Source: a virus
Lineage: Duplodnaviria > Heunggongvirae > Uroviricota > Caudoviricetes
IMG/VR virus record: IMGVR_UViG_2563366830_000018
Reading direction: 5' to 3' (one strand)
DNA: 42,771 bases
The translations under genes and the position numbers were made by a program. The notes below the pieces were generated by a model. The model worked only from the letters and a program-made list of their open reading frames with translations, was not told the origin of the DNA and made no database searches. This document shows positions 36,351-42,771 of the stretch, piece by piece. Each line of letters opens with the position of its first letter. Position 1 is the first letter of the stretch.

Positions 36351-36713
36351 ATGGCTAGCGTACGCAGTACTGATGTGCAGGTATTTATCGTAGAACTGGA
36401 CGGCGGCGTATTTGAAACCAAACTCGGCGCAGTTCTCAGTGAAGTCGCTTCCGGTGTGATGAACACGAAAAACAAAGGTAAAGTCTCGGTCAATCTGGAC
36501 ATCGAACCGTTTGATGAGAACCGTGTGAAAATCAAACACAAACTCTCATATGTTCGCCCGACTAACCGCGGGAAAATCTCCGAAGAAGACACCACCGAAA
36601 CGCCGATGTATGTCAATCGAGGTGGTCGCCTGACTATTCTGCAGGAAGACCAGGGACAATTACTGACTCTTGCCGGTGAACCTGACGGAAAACTCCGCGC
36701 AGCAGGTCGTTAA
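36351..36713 (+). CDS. Hypothetical protein (YfdP-like by position)
   Basis: In-frame ATG at 36351 with SD GAGGAG gives a 120-aa product (MASVRSTDVQVFIVELDGG...), first of a block resembling yfdPQRS. Confidence 0.6.
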   Translation: MASVRSTDVQVFIVELDGGVFETKLGAVLSEVASGVMNTKNKGKVSVNLDIEPFDENRVKIKHKLSYVRPTNRGKISEEDTTETPMYVNRGGRLTILQEDQGQLLTLAGEPDGKLRAAGR

Positions 36714-36778
36714 TATCGTTCGTAATAAACTGATTATTTATCTCATCACTGAATATCTTTATATAGTGAGGACTTATT

Positions 36779-37603
36779 ATGTCTCAGAACTTAGACGCAA
36801 CCGCAATTAATCAAATCCATGCCCTTATTTCTGCTCAGGGTGTTAATGAAATTATCAGTAAGATTGGTGCCGATGCTGTGGCATTGCCTGAGAATTTCCG
36901 CATTCATGATCTGGAAAAATTTAATTTAAATCGCTTCCGTTTCCGTGGTGCACTTTCCACTGCCAGCATCGATGATTTTACCCGTTATTCTAAAGATCTT
37001 GCAGATGAAGGCACCCGCTGCTTTATCGATGCCGATAATATGCGTGCCGTCAGTGTGCTTAACCTGGGTACTATTGATGAGCCAGGTCACGCAGATAACA
37101 CTGCCACTCTCAAACTGAAAAAGACAGCACCGTTCTCTGCTCTGTTGTCTGTTAACGGCGAGCGTAACTCCCAGAAGTCACTGGCAGAATGGATCGAAGA
37201 CTGGGCCGACTACCTTGTGGGCTTTGATGCTAATGGTGACGCTATTCAGGCAACAAAAGCGGCTGCGGCAGTCCGTAAAATCACGATTGAAGCAAACCAG
37301 ACCGCTGATTTTGAAGATAATTACTTCAGCGGCAAACGCTCCCTGATGGAGTCTGTCGAAGCGAAGACCAAAGACATTATGCCAGTGGCATTTGAATTTA
37401 AATGCGTTCCGTTTGAAGGTCTGAAAGAACGTCCGTTTAAATTACGCCTCAGCATTATCACTGGCGATCGTCCTGTACTGGTTCTGCGCATTATTCAGCT
37501 GGAAGCGGTGCAGGAAGAAATGGCTAACGAATTTCGTGATCTGCTTGTTGAGAAATTCAAAGACAGCAAAGTAGAAACCTTTATTGGTACTTTCACCGCC
37601 TGA
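36779..37603 (+). CDS. yfdQ: YfdQ-like protein (DUF2303)
   Basis: 274-aa ORF directly upstream of the HD-domain gene; same size and context as recalled YfdQ. Confidence 0.6.
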   Translation: MSQNLDATAINQIHALISAQGVNEIISKIGADAVALPENFRIHDLEKFNLNRFRFRGALSTASIDDFTRYSKDLADEGTRCFIDADNMRAVSVLNLGTIDEPGHADNTATLKLKKTAPFSALLSVNGERNSQKSLAEWIEDWADYLVGFDANGDAIQATKAAAAVRKITIEANQTADFEDNYFSGKRSLMESVEAKTKDIMPVAFEFKCVPFEGLKERPFKLRLSIITGDRPVLVLRIIQLEAVQEEMANEFRDLLVEKFKDSKVETFIGTFTA

Positions 37604-37730
37604 TTTCATTACTGCAAATGCCCCTGCGGGGGCATTTATGGAAACGTAATTAACTCAATAATCACCGGATGGTGAGGGCTTCCTTTTACCAGAATTCAGC
37701 GCGGTGCAGTGCATATACGTGGAGAACAAA

Positions 37731-38267
37731 ATGTCATTTATTAAAACTTTTTCCGGGAAGCATTTTTATTATGACAAGATAAATAAAGACGACATCGATA
37801 TTAACGATATCGCGGTTTCCCTTTCAAATATCTGTCGCTTTGCCGGTCATCTTTCGCACTTCTACAGCGTCGCCCAACATGCGGTTCTTTGCAGCCAGCT
37901 GGTGCCGCAGGAATTTGCTTTTGAAGCGTTAATGCATGATGCAACAGAAGCGTATTGCCAGGACATTCCCGCACCACTGAAACGCCTTCTTCCTGACTAT
38001 AAACGGATGGAAGAAAAAATAGACGCCGTAATCCGTGAGAAATACGGGTTACCCCCAGTTATGAGTACACCCGTGAAATATGCCGATCTCATCATGCTGG
38101 CAACCGAACGCCGCGATCTCGGGCTTGATGATGGCTCTTTCTGGCCTGTACTGGAAGGCATCCCGGCAACAGAGATGTTCAACGTGATTCCACTGGCACC
38201 GGGTCATGCCTACGGGATGTTTATGGAACGTTTTAACGATTTATCGGAGTTACGCAAATGCGCATGA
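37731..38267 (+). CDS. yfdR: HD-domain 5'-deoxynucleotidase, YfdR-like
   Basis: Start at the in-frame ATG with SD GGAGAA (MSFIKTFSGKHFYYD); HD-type metal-binding residues (HxxxH context, HDATEAY). Confidence 0.75.
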   Translation: MSFIKTFSGKHFYYDKINKDDIDINDIAVSLSNICRFAGHLSHFYSVAQHAVLCSQLVPQEFAFEALMHDATEAYCQDIPAPLKRLLPDYKRMEEKIDAVIREKYGLPPVMSTPVKYADLIMLATERRDLGLDDGSFWPVLEGIPATEMFNVIPLAPGHAYGMFMERFNDLSELRKCA

Positions 38268-38620
38268 ATGTTTTCGAAATGGAAGGGTTTCTTCGCGGGA
38301 AATGTGTACCGCGAGATCTGAAAGTGAATGAAACAAATGCTGAGTACCTGTTACGTAAATTCGACGCGCTTGAAGCTAAATGTGCGGCACTGGAAAACAA
38401 AATAATACCAGTGTCAGCTGAACTGCCACCAGCAAATGAAAGTGTTCTGTTATTTGATGCTAACGGAGAAGGCTGGCTAATTGGCTGGCGTTCTCTCTGG
38501 TACACCTGGGGACAAAAAGAAACCGGAGAATGGCTGTGGACATTTCAGGTCGGGGACCTTGAAAACGTCAATATCACTCACTGGGCAGTAATGCCGAAAG
38601 CACCGAAGAATAAAAAATGA
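38258..38620 (+). CDS. DUF551-like protein
   Basis: 120-aa product with a Trp-rich C-terminal half (GWLIGWRSLWYTWGQ...WLWTF); overlaps the upstream stop. Confidence 0.55.
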   Translation: MRMNVFEMEGFLRGKCVPRDLKVNETNAEYLLRKFDALEAKCAALENKIIPVSAELPPANESVLLFDANGEGWLIGWRSLWYTWGQKETGEWLWTFQVGDLENVNITHWAVMPKAPKNKK

Positions 38621-38820
38621 GCGTGATAAAAACTCATACAGGAATTGTTATCACCCGAGACGGTCCGCAGGTAAAAAAACTGCACCAGACAAAGCGGATG
38701 TGGGTCGTCGGAAAAAACGAGTTTTACCACAAAGAAACCGGACGCCGCCACTTTGCAGAAAATACTCGCCGCCGACTGCTGATCGATACCATCAAGCCTA
38801 TCGAGGTGAAGCATGTTTAA
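38617..38820 (+). CDS. Small hypothetical protein
   Basis: 67-aa ORF overlapping both neighbours by 4-8 nt. Confidence 0.45.
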   Translation: MSVIKTHTGIVITRDGPQVKKLHQTKRMWVVGKNEFYHKETGRRHFAENTRRRLLIDTIKPIEVKHV

Positions 38821-39052
38821 ACAGAACGAAAAATCTATCGCTCAAATTGCTGAGTATATCCCGCGTGCGTGCCGGGATATGCAGTTGCAGGAAGCCAAAG
38901 CACGCCTGGAGAAAAAAATTGCGCTCTATATCGATGACGGCTGTGATGCCGCCGTTCTTAACGCGGCGTTCGCGCCAGCTCTTAACAGTCATACGCGAAA
39001 GTCTTTTTTTTCGTGCATCGCAGCGCAGATCCGTAAAGGAGGCAACCAGTGA
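38813..39052 (+). CDS. Small hypothetical protein
   Basis: 79-aa ORF in the same coupled series. Confidence 0.4.
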   Translation: MFKQNEKSIAQIAEYIPRACRDMQLQEAKARLEKKIALYIDDGCDAAVLNAAFAPALNSHTRKSFFSCIAAQIRKGGNQ

Positions 39053-39648
39053 GCAACATTAACTATCAGGTACTGCGTGAAAAGGCAGAGAAAGCAACTA
39101 AAGGAAGCTACATCGTAGGGCATACATCTGTTAACCAACACGGCAATTTAACAGGAGTTTTTGTTTGTCAAAAATGGAAAGGAGAACCCGGTGGCGTAAT
39201 TGCAGAATGTCACGTTAACTGCCTGGTTGAAACAGATGCTCAGGCTTATGCAAACGCTGAATTCATAGCAGAGGCTAACCCGGCTACCGTGCTGGCACTG
39301 CTGGATGAACAGGAAAGAAACCAGCAATACATCAAACGCCGCGACCAGGAGAACGAGGATATTGCGCTAACGGTAGGGAAGCTGCGCGTTGAGCTTGAGG
39401 AGACAAAATCAAAACTCAACGAGCAGCGCGAGTATTATGAGGGAGTTATCTCTGATGGGTGCAAGCGTATTGCTGAACTGGAAGCGCGGGAAGTTCAATT
39501 ACCGACTCGCTACGACCTTCGATATGGACACCCCATAAATGCAGATGAGCGACAAGTCATGATACCTAAAGAAAATGGCAGTTGGCTTTACCTGATTGAC
39601 CTAGAACACGCATTACGCGTCGCTGACATTCGCATCAAAGGAGAGTGA
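39049..39648 (+). CDS. Ead/Ea22-like protein, putative
   Basis: 199-aa product with a central coiled-coil-like segment; typical of the early-left ea region. Tentative. Confidence 0.5.
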   Translation: MSNINYQVLREKAEKATKGSYIVGHTSVNQHGNLTGVFVCQKWKGEPGGVIAECHVNCLVETDAQAYANAEFIAEANPATVLALLDEQERNQQYIKRRDQENEDIALTVGKLRVELEETKSKLNEQREYYEGVISDGCKRIAELEAREVQLPTRYDLRYGHPINADERQVMIPKENGSWLYLIDLEHALRVADIRIKGE

Positions 39649-39649
39649 T

Positions 39650-40165
39650 ATGGCGTTAACACACCACGAACTCTGTCAGATTGCGTACAAGTTCCTTAAG
39701 CGCAACGGGTTCAAGGTTTGCTTTCATGACCGCTTTGTTGCTGTAACCAGTACCGGAGAACAGCCAGATGCTATGGGATTCAGAAATTCAGCATCATGCC
39801 TGATAGAGGCGAAGTGTTCTCGTGCTGACTTGTTGGCAGATAGAAAAAAGCGTTTCCGTAAAAATCCCTCACTTGGCATGGGCGACTGGCGATTCTTTAT
39901 TAGTGAGCCGGAAATTATTTCAGTTGAGGATTTACCTCCCGGCTGGGGATTACTTCACGTTGTTAACGGAAGAGTACGGAAAGTACATGGATGGCCCAGG
40001 GGTAATTGCTGTTGGGGTAATCCTGACGATAAGCCATTTACCGGGAATAAGCAGGTTGAATGCGATTACATGTTATCTGCATTAAGGCGCATGGAGTTGA
40101 GAGGGCACCTTAATGAAATATATGACGGTGTAATTGTTAATAAGAAAGAAGGAAACGCGGCATGA
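39650..40165 (+). CDS. PD-(D/E)xK nuclease-fold protein (MmcB-like)
   Basis: Motif GEQPDAMGF...CLIEAKCSRAD matches the PD...(D/E)xK signature. Confidence 0.55.
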   Translation: MALTHHELCQIAYKFLKRNGFKVCFHDRFVAVTSTGEQPDAMGFRNSASCLIEAKCSRADLLADRKKRFRKNPSLGMGDWRFFISEPEIISVEDLPPGWGLLHVVNGRVRKVHGWPRGNCCWGNPDDKPFTGNKQVECDYMLSALRRMELRGHLNEIYDGVIVNKKEGNAA

Positions 40166-40680
40166 TCACTATTACCAAAGAGCGACTGCTGACAATCAAG
40201 CAGTGGCGCGAAACATACGGACCGGGTAGCAACGTTGTACTGCCAGCAGAAGAAGCGGAAGAACTGGCACGAATTGCTCTGGCATCGCTGGAAGCAGAGC
40301 CGATAGGTTTCCGTTGCAGGCGCAATGATAACCTTGGTGATTGGAGTTACGTATATCATCGAGAGCCAGATGATTTTGAGCGCAAACATTTAGTGATAGA
40401 GGGCATTTACGCCGCCCCTCCAGCGCCGGTAGTGCCGGAAGAAATGTATTGGCAGGATGCGCCAGTTGAAGGCAGCAGCAAAGCGGCTGCATACGCTACA
40501 GGCTGGAACGATTGCCGCGAAGCCATGCTTCAGTCCGGAAACTTTCGGGAAAATAAAGATTCGTCAACCAATAATTTTCGGAAAATCCCGGAAGCGTCAA
40601 CCAGCTCTCCGGTAACTCCGGATGGTTGGATAAGCTGTAGTGAGCGAATGCCGGACGACAGGCAGGAGGTGAATCAATGA
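40162..40680 (+). CDS. Hypothetical protein ending in a truncated DUF551-like motif
   Basis: 172-aa ORF whose last residues (PDGWISCSERMPDD) resemble the start of a DUF551 domain before a stop. Confidence 0.45.
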   Translation: MITITKERLLTIKQWRETYGPGSNVVLPAEEAEELARIALASLEAEPIGFRCRRNDNLGDWSYVYHREPDDFERKHLVIEGIYAAPPAPVVPEEMYWQDAPVEGSSKAAAYATGWNDCREAMLQSGNFRENKDSSTNNFRKIPEASTSSPVTPDGWISCSERMPDDRQEVNQ

Positions 40681-40760
40681 GCTGGCCTGATGCAATCGTA
40701 ACTCTGGGGGTGGTATTCGCAGCAGCGTTTGTTGTGTTCTCGATTTGTCGATGGGGATAA
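40677..40760 (+). CDS. Candidate 27-aa hydrophobic peptide
   Basis: Not in the ORF track (under 60 aa). ATG overlaps the upstream stop (ATGA) and is preceded by AGGAGGTG; product MSWPDAIVTLGVVFAAAFVVFSICRWG is a single predicted TM helix. Confidence 0.35.
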   Translation: MSWPDAIVTLGVVFAAAFVVFSICRWG

Positions 40761-40764
40761 CCAC

Positions 40765-41007
40765 ATGTTCGCTTTGATTCAACGCGGTCAGATATACACG
40801 GACAGAGCTGGATACCCCGTGGTGATTACTCGCATCACTGAGCACTCAGTGTTCTTTCGACGGATGGACGGACGATCCGGGCGGGTACGCATTGGTGAGT
40901 TAAACTGCCTGTTCGAACATATTGACCACCAGGAGTACCGCAAAATTCTCGCGGACACTGAGCAGGAAAAGCACCTGAAAAAATTACGAGCCATAAAAAG
41001 GAAGTAA
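40765..41007 (+). CDS. Small hypothetical protein
   Basis: Track ORF starts with TTG at 40729; in-frame ATG at 40765 with SD GGGGA gives an 80-aa product. Confidence 0.45.
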   Translation: MFALIQRGQIYTDRAGYPVVITRITEHSVFFRRMDGRSGRVRIGELNCLFEHIDHQEYRKILADTEQEKHLKKLRAIKRK

Positions 41008-41010
41008 AGA

Positions 41011-41157
41011 ATGAATAAAGCATTTGAACGATGGGTCCACCAGCGTTACTGCAATCGCTATGACCTGACGCGAGATGTTGACGGCTTCTACTGTCGTGAA
41101 GTTGTGAAGCGAATGTTTGAAGTGTGGTGCCACTGCCGTGGGCTGAGTGTTGTGTGA
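41011..41157 (+). CDS. Candidate 48-aa Cys-rich small protein
   Basis: Not in the ORF track. ATG preceded by AAGGAAG; product MNKAFERWVHQRYCNRYDLTRDVDGFYCREVVKRMFEVWCHCRGLSVV has four Cys; ends just before xis. Confidence 0.35.
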   Translation: MNKAFERWVHQRYCNRYDLTRDVDGFYCREVVKRMFEVWCHCRGLSVV

Positions 41158-41165
41158 GGTAATAC

Positions 41166-41402
41166 ATGGGCAATGTGATTCAACTGGCTCCCAATGAATG
41201 GGTTTGTGAAAGCGTTCTTATCGCAATTACCGGGCTCAAACCAGGCACAATTCTTCGGGCCCGGAAAGAATGCTGGATGGTTGGAAGAGAGTATATTCAC
41301 GTATCACCAGACGGTAATCCAAAGCCTTCCAGTGAATGTATGTATAACAGAAAAGCAATAGATGCCTGGGTCGCCTCAATGAAAAACAAACAACCCAGGT
41401 GA
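41166..41402 (+). CDS. xis: Excisionase (DUF1233-type Xis)
   Basis: 78-aa product with the recalled motif ITGLKPGTILRARKECWMVGREYIHVSPDG; immediately upstream of int. Confidence 0.75.
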   Translation: MGNVIQLAPNEWVCESVLIAITGLKPGTILRARKECWMVGREYIHVSPDGNPKPSSECMYNRKAIDAWVASMKNKQPR

Positions 41403-41457
41403 TTTAATATCATGAAATATGTAAGCTCGTATCGCTCTTGGGCGTCTGGAGGTATCG

Positions 41458-42771
41458 ATGGATAAAGTCAAATATCCAACAGGCGTCGAAAACCACGGCG
41501 GCACATTACGCATCTGGTTTAATTTTAAAGGTAAACGTGTCAGGGAAAATCTTGGTGTCCCTGACACTGCCAAGAACAGGAAGATCGCCGGGGAACTGCG
41601 GACATCAGTATGTTTTGCCATCCGCACAGGAAGCTTTGATTATGCTGCACAGTTCCCTGACTCCCCCAACCTTCAGGCTTTTGGGGTAAGTAAAAAAGAA
41701 ATTACGGTGAAGGAACTTGAAGAAAAGTGGCTGGATCTGAAACGAATGGAAATCTCTGCAAATGCATTCAATCGCTATGAATCCGTTGCAAGAACGATGG
41801 TTCCGAAAATTGGAGGCAGTAGACTGGTGTCATCGGTAACCAAAGAGGAATTGCTGTATATCAGGAAAGATTTGCTGACCGGGTATCAGAATTCAACGAA
41901 AAACAAAGCAGCAGCAAAAGGACGGAGCGTCGTTACTGTAAATTATTACATGACGACAATCGCTGGAATGTTTCAGTTTGCTGCAGATCACGGTTACTTA
42001 GAAGCAAATCCCTTCCAGGGAATTAAGCCTCTTAAAAGAGCCAGGGCAGAGCCAGATCCGCTAACTCGTGACGAATTTATTCGCCTGATAGATGCTTGCC
42101 GACATCAGCAGACGAAAAACCTGTGGTCATTGGCTGTGTACACAGGAATGCGTCACGGTGAACTGGTCTCCCTGGCCTGGGAAGATATCGATCTGAAGGC
42201 AGGAACAATTACCATCAGGCGCAATTATACGAAACTTGGTGAGTTCACTCTACCGAAAACTGAAGCAAGCACAAACAGGGTTGTGCACCTTATCCAGCCC
42301 GCTATCAGTGTCCTGAAAAATCAGGCTGAAATGACAAGACTGGGTAAGCAGTACAACATCAAGGTGCAACTACGTGAATATGGACGTTCAGTGAACCATG
42401 AATGTACTTTCGTGTTTAACCCTCAAGTGGTTAGAAAAAGCGAACAGGTAGGTTTTGTCTACAAAGTCGATTCTGTAGGTGACTCATGGGAAACAGCCAT
42501 TAAGCGTGCAGGGATCAGGCATCGAAAGGCATACCAGTCACGACACACTTATGCGTGCTGGTCATTATCTGCCGGAGCAAACCCAAGCTTCATTGCCAGC
42601 CAGATGGGCCATGCAAGTGCCCAGATGGTATTCAATGTATACGGAGCATGGATGACTGACAGCAATGCAGAACAGATCGCAATGCTGAATCAGAAGCTGA
42701 CAGATTATGTCCCAATGATGCCCCATAGTCACCAAAGTGACACCAGAGGCTTATTAAAATCAGTAAGTTAA
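41458..42771 (+). CDS. int: Tyrosine-type site-specific integrase
   Basis: 437-aa product with N-terminal arm-binding-like region and C-terminal catalytic domain (HRKAYQSRHTYA, GHASAQMVFNVYGAW); SD GGAGG; stop is the last codon of the window. Confidence 0.88.
   Translation: MDKVKYPTGVENHGGTLRIWFNFKGKRVRENLGVPDTAKNRKIAGELRTSVCFAIRTGSFDYAAQFPDSPNLQAFGVSKKEITVKELEEKWLDLKRMEISANAFNRYESVARTMVPKIGGSRLVSSVTKEELLYIRKDLLTGYQNSTKNKAAAKGRSVVTVNYYMTTIAGMFQFAADHGYLEANPFQGIKPLKRARAEPDPLTRDEFIRLIDACRHQQTKNLWSLAVYTGMRHGELVSLAWEDIDLKAGTITIRRNYTKLGEFTLPKTEASTNRVVHLIQPAISVLKNQAEMTRLGKQYNIKVQLREYGRSVNHECTFVFNPQVVRKSEQVGFVYKVDSVGDSWETAIKRAGIRHRKAYQSRHTYACWSLSAGANPSFIASQMGHASAQMVFNVYGAWMTDSNAEQIAMLNQKLTDYVPMMPHSHQSDTRGLLKSVS

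Larger units (their letters stand above)
1..42771. mobile_element. Lambdoid prophage, near complete; tail/head/lysis/Q/replication on minus strand, cI/early-left/xis/int on plus strand
   Basis: Gene order matches the lambda map reversed (J-I-K-L-M-H-G/T-V-U-Z ... terminase ... lysis ... Q ... cro | cI ... xis-int), with recognisable homologs throughout. Confidence 0.9.

Noticed and set aside
42700-42771. Attachment site (attR/attL) at the window edges
   Set aside because: The window ends at the integrase stop on the right and begins inside dinI on the left, so no core or arm sites can be assessed.

Overview
This window is a near-complete lambdoid prophage of the enterobacterial (E. coli-type) kind, lying in reverse orientation. 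Nearly all structural and late genes are on the minus strand; the immunity and early-left/integration genes are on the plus strand. Left to right: a DinI-like gene, two small genes beside the tail fiber, side tail fiber, Lom, tail genes J-I-K-L-M-H-(G/G-T)-V-U-Z, head genes (DUF2190-like protein, fused protease/major capsid, portal, W-like connector, GpA-type large terminase, small terminase), a putative cos region, a phage-21-type lysis cassette (pinholin with dual start, DUF1327-like ORF, SAR endolysin, Rz with embedded Rz1), a three-tRNA cluster (CAU, Arg-UCG, Arg-UCU) in the ileZ-argN-argO arrangement of Stx phages but with no stx genes, an AT-rich cargo island (AppY/PatE-like AraC regulator, small winged-helix protein, unknown 200-aa protein with a sequestered RBS), Q antiterminator (QuuD-like), nin-like region (DUF968, KilA-N, RusA, LexA-N-domain-only protein, Dam-type methylase), replication genes with in-gene iterons, CII/YdaT-like, Cro-like, divergent CI-like S24 repressor with TTGC-N7-GCAA operators, a DicF-like sRNA candidate, a yfdP/Q/R/S-like block, Ead/Ea22-like and PD-(D/E)xK proteins, excisionase and a tyrosine integrase ending at the window edge. 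No att sites, N-like gene, CRISPR array or rRNA were found. The most interesting candidates are the cargo gene at 26939-27556, a promoter-terminator small RNA unit between I and J, and the DicF-like element. All protein identifications are from recalled family sequences, not searches. CDS coordinates follow the supplied ORF track, with starts moved in-frame where homology or an RBS supports it. Non-coding coordinates were read by eye and may be off by 1-2 nt.
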